The notes beneath the pieces are model-generated. The model had not been told where the DNA came from and made no database searches. It was given only the letters and a program-made list of their open reading frames with translations. Shown piece after piece: positions 48,206-60,158 of a stretch of 64,000 bases of DNA (position 1 is its first letter; the number at the start of each line of letters is the position of its first letter). The stretch spans positions 16,618,001 to 16,682,000 of the forward strand of contig NC_087437.1 of the NCBI RefSeq assembly GCF_036321535.1, in the 5' to 3' direction. This stretch comes from Camelus dromedarius (lineage: Eukaryota). The position numbers and the translations under genes are program-made.

Positions 48206-48449
48206 TTTTTTTTTGGTCATCTAATCAACCATTAGCCTTCTCTCAGTACTTTCTCCTGGAAGCAGAAGAGGGGGGAACAAGATGCCCAGGTCTCCTCCAG
48301 GAAGGCTTATCCTCCTTCTATGTGGGTAGAAGGAAGAGCCAGAGAGAAAGCTACTCCTACGTGTATGACATTCAAACACCCTTCCTCCTCCAGGAAGCAA
48401 GAGCCCAGTATACACCCTGGAATCCAGCCAAATTAGAAGCCCCTTTTCA

Positions 48450-48620
48450 TGTTTAATAAGGACAGAGTTTCAGTTTGAGATGATGGAAAAATTCCAGAGA
48501 TGGGTAGTGGTGATGTTTGCATCACAACACAAATGTACTTAATGCCACTGAATCAGACACTGAAAGTTGTTACAATGGTAAAATTTTATGTTGTGTATGC
48601 TTTACCACGTGTTTTTAAAA
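48450..48620 (+). mobile_element. LINE-1 (L1MB-like) 3' terminus
   Basis: acagagtttcagtttgagatgatggaaaaattccagagatgggtagtggtgatg...aatgtacttaatgccactgaa...atggtaaaattttatgtt. Confidence 0.85.
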
Positions 48621-48724
48621 TCCCCCTTCATGGAGGGAAAGGAGGTAGGGAAAGGACAAAGACTGCCTTCCCAAATTATGGATTAAAAAGCAGGGATATA
48701 CTCACCCCCTTGATCTTCCAACGC

Positions 48725-49110
48725 TGCCCTCCTCTGTGCTTTGCTTCCTCCTCAGGCTGGAGGCAAGGTGGCTGCAGACAGTCTGGCCTCACAACTGTGA
48801 GTAACAAACGCTGTAGGAAGGGAAAGCCAACAGCTGCTAGGACCTCTCCTGGAAATTAAGTCCTTCCCCAGAAGTCACGGTAAACCTCATTGACTCAAAT
48901 TGGGTCACGTGTGCATTCATCACCCAAGTCCTGGCAAAGGGGATGAGAGTCCCATTGGGCCAATCAGGCCCAGCCCTGGAACTGAGGGAGGGTCAGCTTC
49001 CTTGAGGGAGTTGTCTGTGGGGGCTGGGGGAGGAGAGATGGATGCCTAAATAAAGGTGGGCCGGCAAGGAAGGGGGAATGGGGAAAAGGATGGATGGACA
49101 ATTCAGCGTC
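48725..49110 (-). mobile_element. Old ERVL/MaLR LTR fragment
   Basis: cctctgtgctttgcttcctcctcaggct...aaggtggctgc...cattgactcaaattgggtcacgtg...ggccaatcagg. Confidence 0.5.
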
Positions 49111-49952
49111 TAGTACATAGGGTGTGAATAGAGCAGGACTACACTGTCTCGCACTTACAAGGGTGTCCCAGGGTCCTCAGGAGAGACGCCAAGAGGCAGA
49201 AGCCAAGTACTCCATAATGTGCCACTTCCCGTGTCCACACTCCGTCCTCTCCACAAAGTAAAAGTCTTGAGTAAATTCTATTGAAGTAATTGATGTAAGC
49301 TGTTCGTGGCTGACTCCTCAGATGTTTCCAGTGTCCCACCCTGCTCACTATACCCCATCCCTTCCCCAGCCACCACAGGGCCCTTTGTACTCAGGGACCC
49401 TTGTGGTCTCTGATGACCACCCCCCCCCCGTGGGAGTGATGCCTTCTGTGTCTCAAACAAGAACATCTATTAGGCCAATGCGGCTAGTAAAATAAAGGAA
49501 GTCCTTTTAAACTCTAATAACATCAACACACCACTGGATTGATTGGATGGTCACTAAACACTTGAAATGAAGCATGAGACAAAATTACATGGATTTGAGA
49601 GAGAGTTCAAATAAATGCAGGAAACCAAAATGTTATGATCCACTAAGAAGCAGAAGGATAAACTGGAAGATGGAGGTAGAAGTGAGTATAGACTGTTTTT
49701 TCAGGGCTGGGGGCCCACAGTGAAAGAAGTTTTATAAGAAGTTTTGAAAAGCCAGAGAAAATTGTACAAGTGCATCTAATCCAACAGAGATTCTTTCTAA
49801 AATAAGAAGTGAAAAACTTGGCTTCCCAAAGGGAAGGATAGAGCCTTTCTAATAATATTTGAGTTTAAGTTCACAGGTGCAGAAATGGAAGGGGGTCTGG
49901 AAAAGTTGGTTAAAATTGACATGCTGTGCAACAAACAAAACAGATGTGAAGT

Positions 49953-51134
49953 TAGGCAAAGCATTCTCTGACATAAATCATAGCAATGTTTTCCTAGGTC
50001 TGTCTCCCAAGGCAATAGAAATGAAAGCAAAAATAAACCAATGGGACCTAATCAAACTTACAAGCTTTTGCACAGCAAAGGAAACCATAAACAAAATGAA
50101 AAGACAACCTATGGACTGAAAGAAAATACTTGCAAATGATGAAACCAACAGGGCTTAATTTCCAGAATATACAAACAGCTCATACAACTCAATAACATAA
50201 AAAACAAACAACCCAATCAAAAAATAGGCAGAAGACCTAAATAGGCATTTCTCCAAAGAAGACATACATATGAATAACAGGCACATGAAAAAATGCTCAA
50301 GATCACTAATTACCAGAAAAATGCAAATCAAAACTACAGTGAGATTATCACCTCACATGGTCAGAATGGCCATTGTTAAAAAGTCCACAAACAATAAACA
50401 CTGGAGAGGGTGTGGAGAAAAAGGAACCCTCCTACATTGCTGATGGGAATGTAAATTGGTGCAGCCACTGTGTAGAACAATATAGAGGTCTCTTTAAAAA
50501 CTAAAAACAGAGTTACCATATGATCCAGCAATCCCACTCCTGGGCATGTATCTAGAGAAAACTCTAATTCAAAAAGATACATGCATTCCAATGTGCGTAG
50601 CAACATTATTTACAATAGTCAAGACATAGAAGCAACCTACATGTCCACCAACAGATGAATGGATAAAGAAGTTGTGGTATATTTATACAATGGAATATTA
50701 CTCAGCCATAAAAAAATAATAAAATAATGCCATTTGCAGCAACATGGATGGACCTAGAAAATATCATACTAAGTGAAGTAAGACAAAGACAAATATCATA
50801 TAATATCATTCATATGTGGACTCTAAAAAATGATACAAATGAACTTATTCACAAATCAGAAACAGATTCAAGGACATAGAAAACAAACTTATGGTTACCA
50901 GGGAGAAAAGTAGGGGAGGAATAAATTAGGAATTTGGGATTTGAAGATACTAACTACGTATGTAAAATGTATAAATAACAAGGCCCTACTGTATAGTACT
51001 GGAAACTATTTTCAATATCTTACAATAACCTGTAATGAACAAGAGTATGTATATATGTGTTTAACTGAATCACTATGCTGTATACCAGAAACTAACACAA
51101 CATTGTAAATCAACTATCCTTCAAATAAAAAAAT
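49953..51134 (+). mobile_element. Young 5'-truncated LINE-1 (ORF2 C-terminus and 3' UTR)
   Basis: Peptide '[29 protein letters not shown]'. The 3' UTR resembles that of the 13637 copy. Diverged TSD aaaacagatgtgaagt (49937-49952) / aaaacagctgtggggt (51143-51158). Confidence 0.93.
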
Positions 51135-51239
51135 AGGGGTGAAAAACAGCTGTGGGGTAACATTTGTCTGAGGACTTTGTGCCCTACTTCCTCCAGTAAA
51201 TATGCCACATATCATTAGAATACTTTTTTTTTAATGTTG

Positions 51240-51340
51240 GGGTTTTTATTTAAGATTTTTATTGGAGATAGTGGGGATTGAACCCAGGATGTAGTGCATG
51301 CTAAGCTTGTGCTCTACCACTTGAGCTATACCCTCCCCGC
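51240..51340 (-). mobile_element. tRNA-Ala-derived SINE (Vic-1-like), short form
   Basis: ggggattgaacccagg...gcatgctaagcttgtgctctaccacttgagctataccctcccc, flanked by the direct repeat tagaat(a/c)c(t)n-aatgtt. Confidence 0.88.
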
Positions 51341-52991
51341 TAGAATCCTTTTTTAATGTTAAAATTCTATAACTTTTAGACAGTATGTCTATGACATGAT
51401 GTGTACTTATTTGCTTGGTAAATTGTGTTAATCGCTTATACAACAAACATTTCCTAAGCACCTACTATGTACCAGGAACTGCCTTGATATGTGTGCTCAT
51501 TTTTAAATATGATATTACAAATATTTAAGAACCATCTGAAGAAAGAATGTTTTCTCCACCCACACACACTCACTAAATATGTTCATACTGATGTATTGTG
51601 ATTAGTTCTACCTGCTTGTTTCTTTAATTGTTTACTGAAAAATTGAACATCAAATTGTTTCCAAATTAATTTCAAGGTTTGTAGCAAAATTAAAGCTTTT
51701 ATAGACATGTAAGCAGTACCTCAGGGCAATTGTAAAATAATAAGCAAATACACTAAACTAGGAAAAGAATATGGTATTTTTAATTGAGTGTTATCTTTCA
51801 TTATTAAATATAAGGAGAGGATAAATAATTTAAAAATTCTCATATCAGTCACTTTTATTTATGAAAAAAACTATTGTGATAATCTTCAGTTCTGTCAATT
51901 GATCAGTTTGATAAGCTGGTGTTATGATATATTATTACTTGTACTAAGAATTTCTTTGCAAACAATATAAGCCAATTTCCGTGTGCTATCTGATCTGTAC
52001 TTAGAAATTTGCCACATTTTACTGTGCTTTGTGACCTTTTATAAATCGAATTTTTCATTTTCAAATTTAATCAATTTGAATTATTTATGGTTATAATTGT
52101 GTTGAGTAAGAAAGTGATTGAAGTTAAGATTTTGAAAAGTTGGCCATAAATTGAGCAACATTAATTTTAAATGGAACTATTCCATCGTGGATTTTATTAT
52201 TCAGCTGTATGAATAGGACTGATAGAAATTAGCCCTGGTGAGCGTAATCATTTTTATTTAATTACATTTTGCCTTTTCGATACACAATGGCCACTGCTAT
52301 TTAAATATAATACACCTATAAAAATACTATTCTCTGGATGGCTCTGGGTGCAATCTTGCAATCTTTATGCAATATCAAGCCAAGGAAAACAACGTGGAGT
52401 ATTTAATGCATGGAGTTTGGATGGATACATGCCAACCAGAATAAAATTATGCTTATGGGGTTCTTGTTGGCAACAAAAGCCGCCGTACCTACAGCTTTAA
52501 ATGTAGCTCTGGGATATAGCACTGGTGTCTGGGAGCACAATTTAGCAGGAATCAGAACACTGGGAGCAAGAGCTCAGTATCCTTGGAGTAGAGAAAATTG
52601 CGATCTGACAGACTCTGTGGTTGGATTACTTAAGGATTCAGTTTTATCCTCATTTTGACGTGTGGTTAGTCAGTGATGAAAGGAGATCAACAAAGATCTG
52701 TTGGATATAAAAGGTCTAGACTTTCCATCATACACTGCCTTGGCTAAATGTGACCAAGAATTCAATCCAGCAACACAGATCTGGGGTCCAACCTTCCTAC
52801 TTGCCCATTCTTGATGATTCTAGACCCAATTTGGACTATGTGTTTAGATAAATTTCATTTTCATCTTTCCCCATTAATATATTTTTTCCCCTCCTATTCT
52901 CCATGTCTCTCAAATCGCCCTCTTCTGCCCTACTCCCCTGATTATTTCTGATTCAGTTGGAAAGTTACCTTCTCTCAGTTAAGATTTCATT

Positions 52992-53300
52992 GGCAGTGGG
53001 GTGTAGTAGAAAGAACACAGACCCTGAGGTGGGATGGTATAGCTCAAGTGGTAGAGCACATGCTTAGCATGCTTGAGGCTCAGGGTTCAATCCCCAGTAC
53101 CTCCATTAAAAAATAATAATACATAAATAAGCCTAATTACCTCCCCCCACCAAAAAAAAAAAAAAAAAGATACAGACTTTGGCGTCTTATCATTAGCAAT
53201 TCCTGGATTTGGGTTTCATTCTGTCCCACTTGATTGTGGGCAAGTTACCTGACTTCCTAATTTCCTCATTAACAAAATGGAGATAAGTAACAATAGTAGT
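52992..53300 (+). mobile_element. MIR SINE interrupted by a younger SINE
   Basis: ggcagtggggtgtagtagaaagaacacagac | actttgg...tgtgggcaagttacctgacttcctaatttcctcattaacaaaatggagataa. Confidence 0.75.
53028..53166 (+). mobile_element. tRNA-Ala-derived SINE (Vic-1-like), long form
   Basis: ggtatagctcaagtggtagagcacatgcttagcatgc...gggttcaatccccagtacctcc...cctaattacctcccccc and poly(A). Approximate TSD aaagaacacagac / aaagatacagac. Confidence 0.9.
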
Positions 53301-53764
53301 ATTGGGGGATGATAATATGGAATAAAGGACACCCCATACTCCAGTAGCACTAGCTGTCACCCCACCACCTAGTATCATGCTCACTGTGCCACCATGTTGA
53401 GACAGAGAAACTTCTCCAAGTTTGTTGCTTGCTTCATAAGTTTGCTTATGGTGATTTTTGATGCACAGTCTTTTTGAGTGTAAAAAATGAAACAAGAAAA
53501 AAATAAGATAAATATTGTATGGAAATCAGAATTAAGAAGTCTTTTCAAAAAACAAAATGAAGAAAAACAAAAAGAAGTCTTTTCAAGTCGTGAAAGCGTT
53601 GGAAGAAACAATAAGGAAATTTCTGGCTATTTTCACAGTGTCTTTTTCCGGATAAATGTTATAATGATTTTGCTGTCCTCTCCCCTAAAAATCCCATTAA
53701 TTCTTTGACTAAGATCTTGTTAAACTTAAGTAGCCCTATGATCCAAATGGAACCTGAGGCCTTT

Positions 53765-53965
53765 GTCAGGAAAGGAAAGGTTTTTCCAGAAACCCCTAGC
53801 AAATGTCTGCTTACATAGCATTACCCCAAACTGTCACACTCATGACTACCCTCCCCTGAAAAGGAGGCTACAAAATGATGTTTAGCTTCCAGCCTTTGGA
53901 ATGGAAGTGGGAGAAGGCTGATGAGAAAGGATATTGAGTGAGCCCACCTGCAGGGTCTGCCACAA
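53765..53965 (-). mobile_element. Old MaLR LTR fragment
   Basis: tttccagaaacccctagcaaatgtctgcttacatagcatt...aaaggaggctacaaaatg...agggtctgccaca. Confidence 0.55.
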
Positions 53966-54254
53966 AGTCACATGGAAGAGGGACCAGAGGCAGAAGCTGC
54001 AGGAGCTGTTTCCGTGAGCACCTGTGCAAGACTGGTCACAGGAACGTCACTGTGGGATCCAGGCAACACGGTGCACTCTGCTGAGAAGGCCACTCTGCCC
54101 TCCTTGCTGCAGGCCGCCTTGCAGCTTGAACACTCTGAGGGCCGGGAACAACCACTGAGGAGAGTGTGCCTTGCAGATCAAAGAGTGTGGAGAAGCCAGC
54201 CGAGCTGTGCTCTTGTAAGGGGCCTCTCTCAAATGCCTGTGAGTATTGCCTCTT

Positions 54255-54822
54255 TGGGCAAATGTTGTTGGTTGCCTACCGAACAGCATGTCCCCTTCTT
54301 CATAGCTAACAGGACCACAGTTTTGTTCCGCCAGCCATGTTCCCAGCACCCATGATTGAGTCATGCTTGGTCTAGGTCCATCATGGCAGTTGCAGTCCCC
54401 CTTGGCCAGTGATCGGTCTAGAATGGCAGGCAACGTGATCCAGCTCTGGGTGATGAGGGGAAGGGGAAGGCTGCTGGGGGTGGTTCTAGAAAACGTCTTG
54501 TCTGATAAAAAGACACAGCCCTGTGAAAAGAAATTCCTCTTGCCCCTGCCCCTTCTCCCTGCCCTGAACATGGTTATGTTTGGACATTATGCTTGGAGCT
54601 GTGATTCTTCCAACAAAAGCAATTTTCCCAGCTTGGCAAAAAATGAAAACCTAGAAAAAGCCTAGGTCCTTGGTGATTTTGTTGAGTGAGCCAATGCTTA
54701 CTCATACCTGGAACTGCCTACCCATGGTCCAATGATGGGAGATGATGAAACATCTTTATTATTTAAACCACTGTTGGTGAAGTTGTTTTATTACTTGCAG
54801 CTGAAAGCATTTCTAAATGATA
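54255..54822 (+). mobile_element. MaLR LTR (MLT1J/K-like), near full length
   Basis: Start tgttggttgcctacc...ccccttcttcatagctaacaggacc; end tttaaaccactgtt...ttacttgcagctgaaagcatttctaaatgata. Confidence 0.75.
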
Positions 54823-54830
54823 GCGTCCTT

Positions 54831-54856
54831 AAAAAAAAAAAAAAAAAAAAAAAAAA
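54831..54856. repeat. Poly(A) tract (26 A)
   Basis: Uninterrupted A run. Confidence 0.95.
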
Positions 54857-56975
54857 GGAGATCAAGCAGAGCATTGTAAGAAGATGTCAGTAGAAGTTAG
54901 TAAGGTGGCAAAATCTGGGTAAGACTAAGGACGTGGCCTCTGTCCAGTACACACAGACAGTGGGGCCTAGAGACAGTCAAGTAATATCTAAAAAGTAATT
55001 TGAGAAGTAACATTTTTATATGATAAAATTTTCCTTCTCTGGAAAATAATGTATTTCTCAATTATTTAAATCTCTTCTATCTCTAAGTTTTAGATTTTTG
55101 TCATATGTGCCCCACCTATTTCTTGTTAGGTTTATTCCTAGATATTTTATGTTTGGGGCTGTTGTCTCTCTCAAGATGTTAAGGTTCCCTAGGGATCTGT
55201 GTTCTGCCTCTTTTCACCCCACAACTGCCTGAAGGATACCGCCTTTCCTGCCCTTTCCCCAACTCCTACTTCAAGCTACTCTTTCTCCATTCTGAGCAAA
55301 TACACTTAACCTCCTAGGTACATAGACTTTTGCCTGGATTGTTTTCTGGAGGTCATCCAACCCTGACTGACAGGAAGAGGTAACATTTGGAATCCAGTGA
55401 GCTTGAGGTTAAAACATGTCATGTCAGCAATTGCTAAACAACAGTACATCAGAGTAGGTCAAGAATTTGTGAAATGTTTGTGCCAAGTGAAATGTCAAAG
55501 CACAAAGTGTGTGAAGGAAAAAAAAAAAAATCTCTGTGCCAGTCAAAATGTCATTCTGTCTTGCAGCAAGTAATTTATTCCTTTCTGTCTTTATCGCTGT
55601 TCTTGTTTCACACATATTAATGTTGCCTCTAAATAACTGAAATTAATAGCAGCATTATCCGTGGTTAAGGGTAAAAACTAAAGAGCTAATTCAGAATCAC
55701 TCAGTTAATTTGGGCTTGTTTTGCAAATGGAATCTGTTAACGCAACCTCAAAAAGAAGCCCTTACCTGATTGTCCAAAGCATTTGCACTGCAGTCGTTAT
55801 TTGTTCTGTTAATTTCTATCACGTGAAAAGAAGGTGCAGAAGATAGTAGAGAATAAACGTTTTTGAAATGCTGTATCTGAGGAACTGCAAGCAAGATGAA
55901 AATGCTAGAGATAGGATCACTAGAGCCAAGTAGCCCTCAACAAATGGAATGTCAGTGGCTTGTAGAGTTGATTGTGAAGCAAAACTCCATAATGTTCGTC
56001 ACCATTTTCCCACTGCTTCTCATTTCTAGATTGGCAGAGCTTCCCAGCACATGGGTCCTCTCCACGCCATTTGCTTTCTCTGAGAGCAGCTTTCTGTTGC
56101 ACAGTCACGGCCAAACCAGTGGGGAACTGGTCTTGCTCTTGACGCTACAGCTGCCTGGTTAATAAACCAAAATGCTTCTCTGTGGGTGGCAGGGCCGGCA
56201 CTGGTGAGGCAGTCGAGGTATCCGGAGCACCTCGTTCAGGAAGCCCTTGTCCTCAGGTGCCCCCTCTGCACTTACGTGGCCCTGGGAGTGAGAGCCGCCT
56301 TAAACGTTGCACCCTAGGCATCTCACTTGTCTCACCCTGTCCTGGCTCTGCTGGGCCTCACTGCTGCCCTTGGAACTGAAGAGGAGGACTTGGAAGTAAA
56401 GAAGAGCTCTGTAAATCTCTGACGAGGATTAATGGATTTCCTCCCAATTATATTAACTCCACATATTAGAAATTTAACAATATGAATTGGAAGAGTAATA
56501 AGAAGCATGTGTTGCTAAAATGAGAGAAACCTCTCAAAAAGGATTCCAATTCATGGGTCAGAATGGGCTCACAGATGCGAAAGGACCATGTGGGACCACC
56601 ATGTTCCAGAGTTTGGGCCTCAAGTTTTCAGACTTGGAACTCAACTTTTAGCAGCAGGGAGAGAGATGGTCTAACTAAAGAAAATTGGCAAGAGAATTAC
56701 AAATAATCCAGAATCCTTATTTATTAAGTTAGAGTTGTAAATATTTTCCAGGGATAATATCCTCTTGTTCAATGTTTAGGCCACCCCTCCCTGGAGTCAG
56801 GGGACATGGAACAAAGTATGAGTCATCAGATGGCTGCAGACAAGCTCAGAAAGAGAACAAAGGGTCGGGGTGTCAACGACCGGGATGTTTCATCCAGGGG
56901 AGAAGTCCCGCCTCACCCCAGAACACTCTGTGATTCCATCACTTATCAGATATAAATTGTGCTCCTACCACGTGC

Positions 56976-57655
56976 TCAGCAAACCTTGTCAGCTCTACCT
57001 TCAAAACAAATTCTAAATCCAGTACTTCCTGCTACCTCCACAGTAACCATCTAACTCAAGGACCATCTTCTTGCACCTGGATTAATGGAATAGGCCCCCA
57101 ACTGCTCTCCCAGTTTCCACTCTCTGTCACAGTCCATCCTTCACCTGGCTGTCAGACCGATCCTTTTAAAATATAAATCAGATCACGATGTACCTCTGCT
57201 CAAAACCCTCCATTGCCTTCCTATCTGTTAGAATAAAAGCCCACATGTCTTTCTTGGGCTGCTAGGACTACGTGCTCTCTCTCCAATCTTGTTTCCCCCC
57301 ACTATCCTCCTTACTCACTGTACTCTACAGATTCTTTAAGCTGCTCCTAGGACATCCTAAGAATGCTCTTGTCTTAGGACCCCGGCACATTCCTCCCCTG
57401 CTTGAATAATTTATTCCCAGATATCTGCACTGTGCACCATGTTTAATGCTTAAATATCTATGCTTACCTGGAACCCTACATGAAACAGCATCCTGCCACC
57501 CTATTATGTCCCCTCACCCAGACAAGTTTTCTGTCTCCCTCCAGTAGAAGGTAAGCTCCATGAAACTTTTTGTTCACTGCTCTATCCCTAGCACCTAGAA
57601 CATTGCCTGGAGTGTGGTAAGTGTGCAAAGAGATTTGCCAAATAAGGCTGAATAC
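56976..57655 (+). mobile_element. LINE-2 (L2a-like) 3' part
   Basis: tcagcaaaccttgtcagctctaccttcaaaa...tcagatcacgatgtacctctgctcaaaaccctcca...cctagcacctagaacattgcctgg. Confidence 0.85.
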
Positions 57656-57769
57656 ACCCGGGTCGTGTAAAAATTCTAGTCACTAGAGGGGAGTATTCTT
57701 TGGTGACTTGGGACTTTTCTCTGGTCTGGCTGAGATAGCCTTTCAGGTTTCTTGAGCTCCCTTTGCTTT

Positions 57770-58750
57770 CTGATGGACTAGGTGAGGTATGTAAGAGAAA
57801 AAGAGGGACCAAGGAGAAACTGAAATTTTTAGTGTGTGCAAGTGATGGAGTTCCGTTAAATGGAGTTCCATTTGTTGAGTCAGGGATAACTATGGGAGGA
57901 GCAGATTTGGGGATTGGGGCTGAAAATCAACAGTTCATTTTTGAACATACTAAGTTTAAGATGCCTAATGAGTTCCCCTTGGAGATGTCAAGAAGGCAGT
58001 TAGATATGGGTCTGTAGGTCAGGGGAGAGGTCCAGGCTGGGCAGACAAATTTGACAGCACATGGAAGGTGTTTAAAGCCATGGATCTGTGTCCCTCCCCT
58101 GGGAATGAGTGTAGACAGAGAAGAGTGGAGTTCTGAGGACCAAACCCGGGGACACTCTGACATTTCGAACTCAAGGGGATGAGAAAACGCCAAAGTAAAG
58201 TGAGCTGAGAAAAGAGGTAGCAGCTGAAGAAAGATAGGGGTCTAGGAAGGATTTTTATATATGAGAAGCATTAAGGTGTATTTGATGCAATGGAAATGAT
58301 CCAGTGAAAGGGGGAAAAGGAAAGATGCAGGAGAGAAGGATTCTAGATGCAGGAGAGTGCAATTCTAGAGGAGAAAAGAGGGGCAGGATCCAGGGCAGAG
58401 GTGGTGAGGTTGACTCACCCATCACAGCAGGAGGAAAGGCAGAGTCCACGTGCACCAGTACCAGAAGGAGGGGTAGATATAGTGATAGGAGCTTGTGGAC
58501 ATTCTTTTCTGGCTGCTTCTATTTCCCTGGTGAGATAATGGACTAGAGGAATCGGGGCTATTCGAGACTCATAAGGAATCAGATGTTCAGAGGAACGTAT
58601 TGGGTAGGGGTGAAGGAGTACGGTGTTTGAAATTGTAGGGTCTGGGGTGGGGAGTGAAATTGTTGAAATGCTTTATTTGGGGGTCTGGCCGTGGGAGTGG
58701 TGATTGAGGTGGAAATGGAGACAAGGCCACATATGGTTCTGGCCAGGGTA
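57770..58750 (-). mobile_element. LINE-2 (L2a-like) upstream part, antisense
   Basis: ttttgaacatactaagtttaagatgcct...ggagatgtcaagaaggcagttagatatg...tcaggggagaggtccaggctgg. Confidence 0.8.
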
Positions 58751-58804
58751 TTGGATGAACAGTCTGTCCTGTTAGAACCTGGGGCTGACACGTGTGTGAG
58801 CAAC

Positions 58805-59095
58805 CACATTAGCTACTATTCCCTGAGCAACTCCTGTGTCCCAAACAATCTGTGACAATTTAAGACAATTCCCTCCTTTCATCCTCACAACAACCCTACA
58901 ACAACCCCAAGAATCAGAGATCGTTAGCCTCCAATTATGTCATCTGTATCCCAGGTGAAAAAAACAAACAAACAAAAAAAAGTAAGCTCACAAAGGTTCA
59001 TTAACTAGCTTGCGGTAAGACAGCAATGGGGATACAGGATTCAGATTCAGGTCTTCTAACCCCAAAGCCAAGTTCTTTCCCTTGGCCTGCATTCT
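58805..59095 (-). mobile_element. MIR SINE
   Basis: ttcatcctcacaacaacccta...taagctcacaaaggttcattaactagc...caggattcagattcaggtcttctaaccccaaagcc. Confidence 0.7.
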
Positions 59096-59199
59096 GCTTT
59101 GTAATAATTCTACGAGAGAGTAGAGGAGCTCTCTCTCTCAGTCCCAAATGAGAAAAAGAACAGATGCAAGTGGGTGTTGTCACTATTAACCATCTGGAT

Positions 59200-59411
59200 C
59201 CAAACTATCCAATAGAACTTTCTGCAATAAAGGAAATGTTCTATATCTGTGCCTTCCAAGTCGGTAGCCATTAGCCACAGAGGCATGGTGAACACTTAAA
59301 ATATAACTAGTACAACCAAGGAATCGAACTTTAAATTTTATTTAATTTCAATTCATGTACATTTCAGTTTAAGCCATCTAGGGCTAGTGACTACTGTATT
59401 GGACTGCACAG
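59200..59411 (+). mobile_element. MER3 DNA transposon, full length
   Basis: ctatccaatagaactttctgcaataaaggaaatgttctatatctgtgc...ggctagtgactactgtattggactgcacag. Confidence 0.88.
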
Positions 59412-59573
59412 ATCTAGATTACAGAGCAAAAAGCCAAACCACCTCCCCACTTTGAGCATAGTGACCAGACTGCCCACATAGCCATGCCATGAAGGCCACT
59501 GCTTAGTCAGCTCCTCCAGAGAAAGGAGAGTCTTCACTCCCCACACCTTTTGAACAGAAACACAGAAACCCCA

Positions 59574-60158
59574 TGTAATCATTTTCTATTTCTGCAACAA
59601 ATTTCCACCAACTTTGAAGGTTAAACCAACATATTTGTCTCACAGTTTCTGTAGGTCAGAAGTCAGCATGCGGCATAGGTCCACTGGGTTCTCTGATTAG
59701 TCTGACAAGGCCTAAGTCAAATCGGCAAGTCTGCATTCCTTTCTGGAGGTTCTGGGGAAGAATCCACTTCCAAACTCATTCAGGTTGTCAGCAGGGTTCA
59801 GGTCCTTGCAGTTGTAGGACTAAGGTCTCTGTTTCCCTGATGATTGTCAACCGGGGGGCTGCTTTAGCTTCAAAAGGCCTCTCCCTGGTCCTTGCACATG
59901 GCCCCTCTATCTCAGAGCCAGCAACGGCACACTGAATCCTTCTCATGCCTGGAATCTCTCTGCCTTTCTCTTCTGCCCTTAGCTTTTAATGGCTCACATA
60001 ACTACATTGGACCCACTCAGATAATATCCCTATTTTAAGGCCAACTGATTAGTAACCTTAATTACCTGTGCAAAGTCTCTTTTGCCAATTAATATAGCAT
60101 AACCTCAGGAATAATATCAGAGTGCAAAAATCTTGGATCCAAAATTCTACCTATCACA
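59574..60158 (-). mobile_element. MaLR solo LTR (MLT1D-like)
   Basis: TG...CA bounded. Contains tctcacagtttctgtaggtcagaagtc and ttctggaggttctggggaagaatccacttccaaactcattcaggttg, and ends aaattctacctatcaca. Confidence 0.85.

Noticed and set aside
53028..53106. tRNA-Ala(AGC)-like sequences here and at 4708, 5971, 21468, 51340 and 61149
   Set aside because: They have A-rich tails, TSDs and mutated stems, so they are SINE heads rather than tRNA genes.
54047..54571. Longest ORF in the track (174 aa) and the overlapping 127-aa and 100-aa ORFs
   Set aside because: They overlap an MLT1 LTR and have no recognisable domain; chance ORFs.
57678..57695. Second CTCF-like motif (gtcactagaggggagt)
   Set aside because: Mismatches at two highly constrained core positions.
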